DNA of 64,000 bases from Spirochaetia bacterium (GCA_963677925.2 CAXXYH010000003.1:192001-256000), one strand, 5' to 3'; counted from the first letter of the stretch, positions 51,869 to 62,048 are shown. The notes: a model not told the origin generated them from the sequence alone. Numbers and translations: made by a program.

Positions 51869-52194
51869 TACATCTCCTTGAATCCGGAGCTGATTGTGTA
51901 AGCTTCTTCTACTTCAGTGATAAAGATTTTACCGTCACCGTATGCTCCGCTTTCAGTTGATTTAGCGTTGTCAAGAATGACTTTAATTACAATATCTTTC
52001 TCAGAATTGGGAACTACCATCATAAGAAGCTCTTTCGGCAGTTCGTCGTACATTATTTCCCCGACTTTAATACCGCGCTGCTGGCCGCGTCCTGCTACAT
52101 TAACTCTTGTTACTGCCGGATATCCGGCTTCCAGAAGTGCATCAAGTACATCCTGTGCTTTTTCCGGTCTGACTATCGATCTTACCATCAACAT
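51868..52194 (-). CDS. nifI1: PII-family nitrogenase regulator NifI1
   Basis: IVRPEK, GRGQQRG, YDELPK, GDGKIF, AYTISSG. Confidence 0.9.
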   Translation of the reverse strand: MLMVRSIVRPEKAQDVLDALLEAGYPAVTRVNVAGRGQQRGIKVGEIMYDELPKELLMMVVPNSEKDIVIKVILDNAKSTESGAYGDGKIFITEVEEAYTISSGFKEM

Positions 52195-52218
52195 AATTCT
52201 TCTCTCCTCTTTCTTCTT

Positions 52219-53094
<876 letters not shown>

Positions 53095-53116
53095 TTATCA
53101 GCAGTCACTTATATAA

Positions 53117-53132
53117 TGCAGGTAATATGCCA
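53117..53132 (-). promoter_or_regulatory. sigma54 (-24/-12) promoter of the nifH operon
   Basis: Minus strand TGGCATATTACCTGCA, GG-N10-GC. Confidence 0.85.
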
Positions 53133-53263
53133 AGTTTTCGGTTCTTGGCGGCAACTTGCCATATTTACCGCAAAATATATGTAAAAGGGCCTAATATTGC
53201 CTTAATTTTTGTTTTACAAACATATTTACAGATATATTTTGTTTTACAAAACAATGTATTTTT

Positions 53264-53398
53264 TACATTTTGGTATTTTCTAAAGAACCTTATTTACTTT
53301 TTTACATCTGTGTATAAATAGGCAGAAACATGTTTTTACAGAAAGGTAAAAAAAAAGGACTAAAACTCCTGTTTCAGTCCTTTTTCTACATAGATGTA
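53264..53398. promoter_or_regulatory. four TAC-N6-GTA upstream activator sites for the nifH promoter
   Basis: TACATTTTGGTA 53264-75, TACATCTGTGTA 53303-14, TACAGAAAGGTA 53337-48, TACATAGATGTA 53387-98. Confidence 0.7.
53348..53385 (-). terminator. intrinsic terminator of the nifV-activator transcript
   Basis: Minus strand GGACTGAAAC-AGGA-GTTTTAGTCC (one G.U pair) followed by a long T run. Confidence 0.75.
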
Positions 53399-53404
53399 AT
53401 TTTT

Positions 53405-55009
53405 CTATTTCCGGTACTTTCGATAGTTTTTATAATCAAGCCCGTATTTCTGCATTCGTACACCAATCATCCTGTTGGTTAATCCAAGCTCTTTTGCCGC
53501 CTCCGAAAGATTTCCATTAGCTGCTTTCAAAGCTTCAACCAGAAGTTCATACTCCAATGCATCAAGCTGCTGCTGCATTGAACCCCGATCAGTTTTACTA
53601 CCCGAGGTTTTAGGAACTCTCATCTGGAGAGTCGGCGGAAGATGATAACCATGAATAACATTATCTTCGCTCAAAATAACAGCATGTTCCATACAGTTCT
53701 CAAGTTCACGGATATTTCCCGGCCAATGGTAGGAGAAAAGCATATCAATTGCGGGCGTTGAAATTCGACGGACATTTTTATTATTAAGCGCATTATATTT
53801 TTCTATAAAATGATTCACCAAAAGTGGAATATCTGATTTTCTTTCCCTTAGAGGCGGTACTGTAATCGGAATAATGTTAAGCCGGTAATACAGGTCTTCA
53901 CGGAAGTTGCCATTTTTAATTTCATCTTCTAGATTACGGTTTGTTGCAGTTATTACCCTTACATCGCATTTAATGGTCTGGGTACCGCCCACACGTTCAA
54001 ATTCCCGTTCCTGCAGAACCCTTAGTAATTTGGTCTGAACATTAAGACTGAGTTCACCCACCTCATCAAGAAAGATAGTGCCTTCCTGGGCTAGTTCAAA
54101 ACGGCCTTTTCTTTCTCTTACCGCTCCTGTAAAGGCTCCCTTCTCATGACCGAATAATTCACTTTCAATTATGGATTCAGGAAGAGCGGCGCAGTTAAGC
54201 TTTACAAAGGGTTTATTCTTTCGGTTACTTGCATAGTGAATGGATTTTGCAACTAGCTCCTTTCCAACTCCGCTTTCACCAAGGATTAGAACAGTTGCAA
54301 CTGTATCGGCTATTTTATTAACATAGTCGAATACTCTTCGAATAACCTTTGACGTACCAATAAACAGGTTCTGGTTAAATTTATCCTGAAGTTCTCTATG
54401 CAGCCTTTCATTTTCAAGCTGAAGCTGTTCATTCTCTTCATGATGAGCCTGGTACAGCTGAACAGCCTGAGAAATCATTGCAGCTACAATCTGTATCAGA
54501 TACAGCTCATCTTCCAGGCTTTCTGTATTTTCATTTATTTTTTCTGCATTTAGTGTACCGATAACTTCCTTTCCTGCTTTTACAGGAACAGAAATAAATG
54601 CAGTCTTCTTTTTTTCCTGTCCCTCCGGAAATGATTTTGTTCTATTAAGAAACTTCGGTTCACGTGAGATATCAGGAATTACGGAAGGTAAACCGGTTTC
54701 TATTACATTTCCGGTAATCCCCTCTCCGGGCTTATACACACCAAGGGCACGCTGTTCCGCAGAAATACCGAAACCTTCTTCAATAGAAATATTTCCTGTT
54801 TTTCTATTGAAGATTGTTATAGTACTGCTCTTTAAATTTAGAAATGATGACAGCCGTTTAAGCATTGTGTTAAGAACAACTGACAGATCATCCTCACTTA
54901 ACAGTAAACGGCTGATTTCAAAGAGAAGATTAAGCTGGTACTTATTGCAGGATTCGCAATCAGAACAGCCGTTATATTGCGGCAGATTTTCTGCTGTGTT
55001 CAAACTCAT
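53405..55009 (-). CDS. nifA: sigma54-dependent nif activator (GAF-AAA+-HTH), AnfA-like
   Basis: N-terminal CSDCESC, GAF (GEGITG.V..TG, FLNRT), GESGVGKE, GAFTGA, HTH ending LGLTNRMIGVRMQKYGLDYK. Start ATG 55009. Confidence 0.88.
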   Translation of the reverse strand: MSLNTAENLPQYNGCSDCESCNKYQLNLLFEISRLLLSEDDLSVVLNTMLKRLSSFLNLKSSTITIFNRKTGNISIEEGFGISAEQRALGVYKPGEGITGNVIETGLPSVIPDISREPKFLNRTKSFPEGQEKKKTAFISVPVKAGKEVIGTLNAEKINENTESLEDELYLIQIVAAMISQAVQLYQAHHEENEQLQLENERLHRELQDKFNQNLFIGTSKVIRRVFDYVNKIADTVATVLILGESGVGKELVAKSIHYASNRKNKPFVKLNCAALPESIIESELFGHEKGAFTGAVRERKGRFELAQEGTIFLDEVGELSLNVQTKLLRVLQEREFERVGGTQTIKCDVRVITATNRNLEDEIKNGNFREDLYYRLNIIPITVPPLRERKSDIPLLVNHFIEKYNALNNKNVRRISTPAIDMLFSYHWPGNIRELENCMEHAVILSEDNVIHGYHLPPTLQMRVPKTSGSKTDRGSMQQQLDALEYELLVEALKAANGNLSEAAKELGLTNRMIGVRMQKYGLDYKNYRKYRK

Positions 55010-56114
55010 AGTATATTCTCTCAATTTCCTCTTGGTTTAGATCTCTTTTTCTGGCAGCAGATTCTTTCTTGACCAGATCCAGAATGATTTCAGATTTATA
55101 ATCGCTGATAAATATTAATTTCTGAGCAAGTATATGTTTTACAGCCTTTCTGCCGCTATGTGAGCCGGCTGAAAGTTTAATGCTTCCAAGCCCCTTTTCT
55201 TCTGGGTTAAACGGCATGAAAGCAGATGGATTTTCCAATGTACCTGCTACATGAATTCCTGATTTATGAGAAAAAATATTTTTACCGGTAACAGGTTTAT
55301 CAAGGGGTATATCCCTGCCTGTAATTTCAGAAATCAGCTTACATAGATGATTAAGCTTTCCGAGCTCAAAATTTCTTTTATTATTCACATCCAGAAAAGC
55401 TGCAACCTCTTCAAGTCTTGCGTTTCCGGCACGTTCACCGATTCCGGATACAGTTACGCTGACGGCCTTGAACCCCTGATTAATAGCAGTAACAGCATTC
55501 GCTGTCGCCATACCAAAATCATTATGTGCATGCAGTTCCAGTTTAGGCTTATACTCATATAGAAGGCTTCCCAGTTTGAAAATATCATCCGGAGTCATTA
55601 TTCCTGCTGTATCAGCGAGCCTAATCATGGAATAACCGCATCTGTCGGCAGTCCTGATTACCGTTTCAAGCAGCAGACGGTCGGCTCTTGAAATGTCCAT
55701 AAAACCTATATTTACTTTTTCAAATTTTGTTTCCGCATAATCATATAAACTGCAGATATTATCTAAAAGCCAGTTTCTGCTTTTATGGAAAACATTCAGA
55801 TGTATATCAGATAAAGGAAAACTTATGTGAATTGTACCCAGACCGGTTGTTTCTGCAAGATCAATATCTTTTTCGGCGGCTCGGCACCAGCAGGAGGCAT
55901 TGAGGCCTCTGGTCGAACACCATTTTAAAAAATGTACGGAATCTGTACCCATAGCCGGAATACCAGCTTCTATAAGATCTACCCCTGATTCCGAGAGAAG
56001 CATGGCGATTCTTTTCTTTTCCGCTGTAGTAAAAAAAATTCCCGGAGCCTGTTCTCCGTCCCTTAGAGTTGAATCAATAATCTGCATTCTAAAACTATGA
56101 GTATTGCAATCCAT
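54972..56114 (-). CDS. nifV: homocitrate synthase (start 56114 or 56087)
   Basis: IDSTLRDGEQAPG, LADTAG, HAHNDFGMATANA, GIGERAGNA, H.SGIH; located in the nif locus. Confidence 0.92.
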   Translation of the reverse strand: MDCNTHSFRMQIIDSTLRDGEQAPGIFFTTAEKKRIAMLLSESGVDLIEAGIPAMGTDSVHFLKWCSTRGLNASCWCRAAEKDIDLAETTGLGTIHISFPLSDIHLNVFHKSRNWLLDNICSLYDYAETKFEKVNIGFMDISRADRLLLETVIRTADRCGYSMIRLADTAGIMTPDDIFKLGSLLYEYKPKLELHAHNDFGMATANAVTAINQGFKAVSVTVSGIGERAGNARLEEVAAFLDVNNKRNFELGKLNHLCKLISEITGRDIPLDKPVTGKNIFSHKSGIHVAGTLENPSAFMPFNPEEKGLGSIKLSAGSHSGRKAVKHILAQKLIFISDYKSEIILDLVKKESAARKRDLNQEEIERIYYEFEHSRKSAAI

Positions 56115-56125
56115 ATAATTTAATT

Positions 56126-56141
56126 AGCAAGAATTGAGCCA
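56126..56141 (-). promoter_or_regulatory. sigma54 promoter of nifV-activator operon
   Basis: Minus strand TGGCTCAATTCTTGCT, GG-N10-GC. Confidence 0.8.
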
Positions 56142-56235
56142 TATTATCCGAGGTTATTATTTTTGATAGTAATTAGGGTTAAAACGGCATTTTTTAGTAT
56201 AAAAATGATAAAATTTCGTTTTTTAAATCATAAAA

Positions 56236-56284
56236 AACCTACACTTTTGTAGGTTGAAGATATCCAAACTACTGTTTTGTAGGT
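56236..56284. promoter_or_regulatory. paired TAC-N6-GTA enhancer shared by divergent sigma54 promoters
   Basis: AACCTACA-CTTT-TGTAGGTT (core 56240-51) and ACTACTGTTTTGTAGGT (core 56270-81), 30 bp apart. Confidence 0.75.
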
Positions 56285-56379
56285 CATTTTAAACATCAAA
56301 TTTATTATTCAAAGTTAATATAAGAAGAAAAACAATATTTTACGGCGATATAATCCAATATCACACTTAAATAGAGACT

Positions 56380-56395
56380 TGGCATGTTTTATGCA
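56380..56395 (+). promoter_or_regulatory. sigma54 promoter of modABC
   Basis: TGGCATGTTTTATGCA, GG-N10-GC. Confidence 0.85.
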
Positions 56396-56428
56396 AAAGG
56401 ATAGTTGAGAAATTTAAGGAGCGGAAAG

Positions 56429-57199
56429 TTGTCTAACAGGTTTTGTATAGTACTTACATTTACTCTTATCAGCATCAGTGTTTTTGCCTCCGGGACTATG
56501 GAGAAAAATGAGAATGAACTTATCATTTTTAATGCAGCCAGTACAACTGATTTGATTATTGATGCCGGTAAAATCTTTTATGATAAGACTGGAATCTCTG
56601 TAAAAACCAATCCTGCTTCAAGCGGCACTCTTGCCAGGCAGATTACTGAAGGAGCCGATGCCAATATATATATATCAGCCTCCGAGAAATGGACGGCTTA
56701 TGTCAATGAAAACGGGTATTCAGTTAAATCAGCATCTTTGCTTGTAAATGACCTTGTACTTATTGCACCGGCAGAAAGTACTGCCGAATCCTTCATTCTT
56801 AGTTTTGATGCAGATTTACCCGGCCGATTTCAGGGCCGTATTTCCACTGGTGATCCGGCGCATGTTCCGGCAGGAATGTACGCTGAGCAGGCTCTTGATT
56901 ACTTTAACTGGAAATCAGTTCTAGCAGAAAGAATACAGCCTGCTTCCGATGTTCGTGCAGCACTGATGGTTGTTGAACTCGGGGAATGTGAGCTTGGAAT
57001 TGTTTACCGCACAGATGCGGAAAAATCAAATAAGGTGAAAATCATCTCGGTATTTCCGGATGAATCACATATACCAATCGTATATTTCATATCAGCTTTG
57101 ACTGATGATGAAATTACACAGAAATTCTACAGCTTCATGCTGCAGGATGAAGATGTAAAAAACATATACAACAAATATGGATTTACCTTCAATGGTTAG
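56429..57199 (+). CDS. modA: molybdate ABC transporter substrate-binding protein
   Basis: AAS, ASSGTLARQI..GA, GDPAHVPAGMYA, GIVYRTDA, PIVY. Start moved to TTG 56429 (AAGGAG SD, downstream of the predicted TSS). Confidence 0.95.
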   Translation: MSNRFCIVLTFTLISISVFASGTMEKNENELIIFNAASTTDLIIDAGKIFYDKTGISVKTNPASSGTLARQITEGADANIYISASEKWTAYVNENGYSVKSASLLVNDLVLIAPAESTAESFILSFDADLPGRFQGRISTGDPAHVPAGMYAEQALDYFNWKSVLAERIQPASDVRAALMVVELGECELGIVYRTDAEKSNKVKIISVFPDESHIPIVYFISALTDDEITQKFYSFMLQDEDVKNIYNKYGFTFNG

Positions 57200-57205
57200 A
57201 AGGCA

Positions 57206-57898
57206 ATGACTTCCACTGAGATCCTTTCCTGTGTTTTCCTTTCTTTGAAGATTGGGCTGCTGGCAACAGCAGCCAATCTCCCGCCTTCCCTTATTGTTGT
57301 TTATCTTCTGCACAGATACCGTATAAAAGGAAGTTCGCTTATTGAAGGAATTTTCAATTTACCGCTTGTAATGCCGCCGGTTACTACCGGATTCCTTTTG
57401 CTCATAATACTTGGAAAAAACGGACTAATCGGCAGTTATATATACAGCTTCTTTGGTATACGGATTGCTTTCACAACACTTGCCGCGGTTCTGTCTGCAA
57501 TGATTGTATCATTTCCGCTGCTGCTTCGAAGTTTGAAGGTGTCTATTGAAATGATTAATCCGATGTACGAAAAAGCCGCATTTACTCTTGGAGCCGGAAA
57601 GATTTCAGTATTCTTCAGAGTTACTCTTCCCCTTATGAAACCCGGCATCATCAGCGGGGTCGTACTTGCATTTGCCCGCAGTCTTGGTGAATTCGGAGCA
57701 ACCATAACATTCGCGGGAAATATTGAAGGAGTGACAAGGACCATTCCTCTTGCCGTTTATTCCATGCTTCAAATACCCGGAAAGGAAAAGGAAGCCGCTG
57801 TATTAGTTGCAATATCAGCATGTATCTCATTGCTTGCAGTGATTTTATCTTCATATTTAGTAAAAAATAATCTGAAAGAAGGAGAAGGACTGCAATGA
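57206..57898 (+). CDS. modB: molybdate ABC transporter permease
   Basis: LPLVMPPVTTG, EKAA.TLG, AFARSLGEFGAT, TRTIPLA. Confidence 0.95.
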   Translation: MTSTEILSCVFLSLKIGLLATAANLPPSLIVVYLLHRYRIKGSSLIEGIFNLPLVMPPVTTGFLLLIILGKNGLIGSYIYSFFGIRIAFTTLAAVLSAMIVSFPLLLRSLKVSIEMINPMYEKAAFTLGAGKISVFFRVTLPLMKPGIISGVVLAFARSLGEFGATITFAGNIEGVTRTIPLAVYSMLQIPGKEKEAAVLVAISACISLLAVILSSYLVKNNLKEGEGLQ

Positions 57899-58947
57899 GT
57901 ATCTGTTTTAATCTCAAATTAAACAGGAAAAACTTTTCAGTTGATTTAAAAGCCCAGATTAATAATAAAACTACCGGTATTTTCGGCCCGTCAGGTGCTG
58001 GAAAAACAACACTGTTTAATCTTATATCCGGGTTAATAAAACCAGATGAAGGATTTATAACTATAAACGGAAAACCGGTGACTGATATTGAAAGACGCAT
58101 TTTTGTACCTCCTTATAAAAGAAAAATTGGCGTAGTTTTTCAGGAGAAACTTCTATTTCCCCATCTCACAATAAGAGAAAATATTCTGTTCAGTAAAAAA
58201 TACAAGCGTGAAGGAAATCTAAATATAAATGAACTGATAGAATTGTTTGAACTTGGGAAAATTTCAGACTCTTATCCTTCCATGGTTTCCGGTGGAGAAC
58301 AGCAGAGGACGGCAATCGCAAGAGCGCTTTATACGACGCCGGAAATACTGCTGCTTGATGAACCATTTAATGCAGTTGACTCCAACCTCAGAACAAGTAT
58401 ACTTCCCTATCTTAAACGTATCCGCGATATTCTTAAGATACAAATGCTGCTTATAAGCCATGATCTGCCTGATATTCAGCGTATGACAGATGAAATCTAT
58501 CTTATTGAAGACGGAAGATGCAAAGGTTTCGGCAATATTCTTGATGTACTGTCCCAGGATAAAGGTATTGCGTCCAAAGAAGATTTAATTAATACTATCA
58601 ATATAGACTCTTCAGAAAAAATATGTGAAGGCTTGTACAGCTGCAGAATAAAAGAAATTTTTAATTATGATATTAAATCAGCAGTTTCGCCGGGAGGGAA
58701 ATTCACACTGACTATACAGCCGGATGAAATTGCATTATCTAAAAAATATAATTATGATATCTCAATACAGAATCAGATACCGGGAAAGATAATAAATATT
58801 TACAGCACCGATAATGCTGATATCTGCGTGATTGATGCAGGTATCCAGCTGATAACCAAGCTGACAAGGGAATCATTCAAGCGGCTGAATCTTCAGACTG
58901 ATGATTATGTTTACTGTCTGTTCAAGGCTCACAGCCTTCATCTTTAA
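57895..58947 (+). CDS. modC: molybdate ABC transporter ATP-binding protein with TOBE domain
   Basis: GPSGAGKT, VFQE..LFPHL, SGGEQQR, LLDEP, SIQN TOBE motif. Confidence 0.93.
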   Translation: MSICFNLKLNRKNFSVDLKAQINNKTTGIFGPSGAGKTTLFNLISGLIKPDEGFITINGKPVTDIERRIFVPPYKRKIGVVFQEKLLFPHLTIRENILFSKKYKREGNLNINELIELFELGKISDSYPSMVSGGEQQRTAIARALYTTPEILLLDEPFNAVDSNLRTSILPYLKRIRDILKIQMLLISHDLPDIQRMTDEIYLIEDGRCKGFGNILDVLSQDKGIASKEDLINTINIDSSEKICEGLYSCRIKEIFNYDIKSAVSPGGKFTLTIQPDEIALSKKYNYDISIQNQIPGKIINIYSTDNADICVIDAGIQLITKLTRESFKRLNLQTDDYVYCLFKAHSLHL

Positions 58948-58949
58948 AA

Positions 58950-60182
58950 CTAACCTGACATCGCTATTCTGTTCTTTCCAGCTTTTTTAGCCTTATATAA
59001 GGCTTCATCCGCCTTTTTTATCAGCTCTTCAATATTATCATTTCTTATGCTTACTGCAAGTCCGCCGCTTATAGTTACAACTCCGTATTCATCAGACTTT
59101 TCATGCGGTATACCAAGATCATATACAGCCTTGGTAATTCTGCCGCTGACATTCAGGGCAGCCTTATTGTCGGTTGACAGAAGTATAAGAAGGAATTCCT
59201 CACCGCCGTATCTTGCAACAAGGTCCCCCTTGCTTCTGGTTACAGATTTCAGGGATTCAGATATCATACGAAGACATTCATCACCTGCCTGATGACCGTA
59301 GTAATCATTATAAGCTTTGAAATTATCCAAATCCATAAGGATAACAGCAATATTTTCTTCTATCCCGCTTCGTTTAAGTTTATCAATATATTCATCAATC
59401 TGACGTCTGTTGGGCAGGCCAGTCAGTGCATCAATTTGGGACAGCATAACCAGCTCACTGTTTATCTCATGCAGATTTATGGTTTGTATCCGCTCTCTCA
59501 GAATGAGCAGATAATTTTTCCGAAGATATTTTTCAGTCGTATAGCTGCTAATTAAAGTGAACAGACCTGTAGAAAAGAGAAAAATTAAATTATTAACCAT
59601 GATTGGAGTTTTTATAAGATAGAAAAAAGGGGTACATAACAGATAAATCAAAAATAAAGATATTGTTCCAAAAAAACTGTATCTGAACTTTATTCTAACA
59701 AAAAGATTGGAAAATATCAGTATTAAAGTCACTCCCGGATGATATGCCCCGGCATTCTCAGAATTACTGAGAATCAGTATAAAAATCAGACTCAAACCTA
59801 CAATAAAAGCCACAACAGATTCGATAAATTCCCTGACAAAAGGCCGCGGATTTCTTTTAACCAGAATCATTGTAAAAATTATCACAGGTGTAACAATACA
59901 GGTTCTCATAATAACTGCGGTTTTGAATATATCGGGAATCATAAAATAGTCGGTAACTATAAAAAGGTTATAAACAAACAATGCCAGAAAACCAGACTTA
60001 AAGAAATGTGCATTTGTCCGGTTCCCGGTTTCTTTCTCATAAAAGTCTTCAAGTAAGGCCGGAAAGGTAAGAAAAAATGAGCGCCTTACCAATGCATCCT
60101 CTACCATTGGTGAAAGCCTTATAAGCTCAAGTTTATTATTACGCAAATCCGGTTCATCGGTATTAAGCTTAAAATTTTCCAT
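58950..60182 (-). CDS. membrane-bound diguanylate cyclase (GGDEF)
   Basis: Multiple N-terminal TM helices; DALTGLPNRR, DLDNFK.YND.YGH..GD, RYGGEEF. Confidence 0.93.
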   Translation of the reverse strand: MENFKLNTDEPDLRNNKLELIRLSPMVEDALVRRSFFLTFPALLEDFYEKETGNRTNAHFFKSGFLALFVYNLFIVTDYFMIPDIFKTAVIMRTCIVTPVIIFTMILVKRNPRPFVREFIESVVAFIVGLSLIFILILSNSENAGAYHPGVTLILIFSNLFVRIKFRYSFFGTISLFLIYLLCTPFFYLIKTPIMVNNLIFLFSTGLFTLISSYTTEKYLRKNYLLILRERIQTINLHEINSELVMLSQIDALTGLPNRRQIDEYIDKLKRSGIEENIAVILMDLDNFKAYNDYYGHQAGDECLRMISESLKSVTRSKGDLVARYGGEEFLLILLSTDNKAALNVSGRITKAVYDLGIPHEKSDEYGVVTISGGLAVSIRNDNIEELIKKADEALYKAKKAGKNRIAMSG

Positions 60183-60226
60183 ATGTTTTTAGTATAAACA
60201 CTGCGACATGAAAACTCTAAATAAAT

Positions 60227-60279
60227 TTGACAATTTTGTAATTTTATTATATTTTAAGTTCGCATATATACGTACTTAA
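60227..60279 (+). promoter_or_regulatory. sigma70 promoter and palindromic operator of the ABC-2 operon
   Basis: TTGACA-17 nt-TATTTT followed by the imperfect palindrome TTAAGTTCGCATATATACGTACTTAA (60254-60279) abutting the AAGGA SD. Confidence 0.6.
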
Positions 60280-60287
60280 GGATTTTT

Positions 60288-61082
60288 ATGATTATTTTTA
60301 ATGTCTTTAAAAAAAATCTCATCTCAGCACTTAGAGGCGAATATGCGGATTTTTTTATCAGCAGGCTGACATTTATTTTTTTTACCGTTGCCACTGCTTT
60401 CATATTGTTCCGACTTAACAACGGAATTGTTTCGTCTTCATTCATCAGATATTCCGGAATCAGTGACTACAGAGGTTTTATTATAATCGGCTCTGCATTA
60501 TACGGAACAACCCAGGGAATTTTATTGAATGTCAGCAGAACTCTTATGACTGAACGCCGGGAAGGTACTCTCGAGTGCATTCTGATTATTCCGTTTCAAC
60601 GTTGTAAGTATTACATGGGAAACCAGCTGCATCAGTTATCACTGTCTTTAATTGATTTCTTGATTGCAGCAGTTATTTCTGCTTTAGCCGGAATTGCTTA
60701 TAAAGTTAATCTATTCACTGTTGTACTTGGATTATTACAGATACTTTTTACTCTCCATGGGCTTGCCTTGGTTACAAGTATTTTAATGATCACATTTCGT
60801 GACACATTTATAATTCAGAATACCCTGCTTCCCCTGATGCTGCTATGCGGCGGATATCTATTCACAGTAGAATCGCTGCCGCACCCATTATTTCTTTTCA
60901 GCAGATTTATACCCGTTAATTACGGTGTTAACCTTGTCCGAACCGGCTTATTTAATGGGTACAGTATGAGCAGTTTCATTGAATATTTATTAAATCTTAT
61001 ACCAGCCATAATCCTTATTACAGCCGGCTACCTGCTGCTTCCGCTAGTTGAGCGCAAAGCCCTTGAAAATTATTTATCATAG
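60288..61082 (+). CDS. ABC-2 type exporter permease
   Basis: ERREGTLE...P, GG..F.V..LP motif, 6 TM. Confidence 0.88.
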   Translation: MIIFNVFKKNLISALRGEYADFFISRLTFIFFTVATAFILFRLNNGIVSSSFIRYSGISDYRGFIIIGSALYGTTQGILLNVSRTLMTERREGTLECILIIPFQRCKYYMGNQLHQLSLSLIDFLIAAVISALAGIAYKVNLFTVVLGLLQILFTLHGLALVTSILMITFRDTFIIQNTLLPLMLLCGGYLFTVESLPHPLFLFSRFIPVNYGVNLVRTGLFNGYSMSSFIEYLLNLIPAIILITAGYLLLPLVERKALENYLS

Positions 61083-61091
61083 GAGAACTGC

Positions 61092-62036
61092 ATGATAAAA
61101 ATTAATAATGTATCCAAAATATATAAAACAAGAAAAGTTTTAAAGAAATCTGAATACAGTACCGGAGTCCGTAATCTTGATTTGGAAATACCTGCCGGAG
61201 CATACGGTCTTCTTGGTATTAATGGAGCAGGTAAAACTACAACATTAAAAATGATTGCAACATTGCTTCGTCCCAGTTCCGGTTCTATCCAACTCGATGG
61301 ATTTGATACTGTACAGGATGAAAAGGTGCTGCGTTCTCAGATAAATATGATAACAGGCAGTGACCGCATGCTTTATTTCAGGCTGACAGGAAAAGAAAAT
61401 CTGTTCTATTTTTCATCACTGTACGGTATGTCCTACCGTGAGTCAAAAAAACGTGTTGATGAACTTCTTTCACTTACAGGTCTTGCAAGCAAAGCAGACA
61501 AACGGGTGGAAACCTACTCAAGAGGAATGAAACAGAGACTTACAATTGCCAGAGGGCTGATAAATAATCCGAGATATCTGCTGCTTGATGAACCTACACT
61601 TGGACTCGATGTGGCAATAGCAGTTGAAATACGGAACTTTATTAAGGAAATTCTGGTTTCAGATGAAAAAAGAACAATAATACTTACAAGCCATTACATG
61701 TCGGAAATTGAACAAATATGTAAAAATGTTGGAATTCTGCAGCAGGGAAGCCTTATCTTTGATGGAACATATAAAGAATTATTTAATTTGACAGGTTTGA
61801 AAGAGAAGCATCATTTCAGTTTTTCAGATCAGCGGCTTCTAAATAAAATAAATCAACTGATAGCATTAGATGAATCATCAGTAATTAAAGAAGGAAATAA
61901 ATTTATCATCACAGTGGACAAAACGGAAGGATATCATTTATTAAAGAATATTGAGTTTGACGGAACATCCGGGTTGGAATATACACAAAGACTGCCATCG
62001 CTTGAAGATGCAATAATAAAGCTGTCGGCCTGTTGA
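61092..62036 (+). CDS. ABC exporter ATP-binding protein (DrrA/NodI-like)
   Basis: GINGAGKTT, YSRGMKQR, LLDEPT.GLD, TSHYM, PSLED. Confidence 0.92.
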   Translation: MIKINNVSKIYKTRKVLKKSEYSTGVRNLDLEIPAGAYGLLGINGAGKTTTLKMIATLLRPSSGSIQLDGFDTVQDEKVLRSQINMITGSDRMLYFRLTGKENLFYFSSLYGMSYRESKKRVDELLSLTGLASKADKRVETYSRGMKQRLTIARGLINNPRYLLLDEPTLGLDVAIAVEIRNFIKEILVSDEKRTIILTSHYMSEIEQICKNVGILQQGSLIFDGTYKELFNLTGLKEKHHFSFSDQRLLNKINQLIALDESSVIKEGNKFIITVDKTEGYHLLKNIEFDGTSGLEYTQRLPSLEDAIIKLSAC

Positions 62037-62048
62037 TCGGAGAGAAAT

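Noticed and set aside
53145-53162. Second sigma54-like site TTGGCGGCAACTTGCCAT upstream of nifH
   Set aside because: GG-to-GC spacing is 9, not 10, on both strands.
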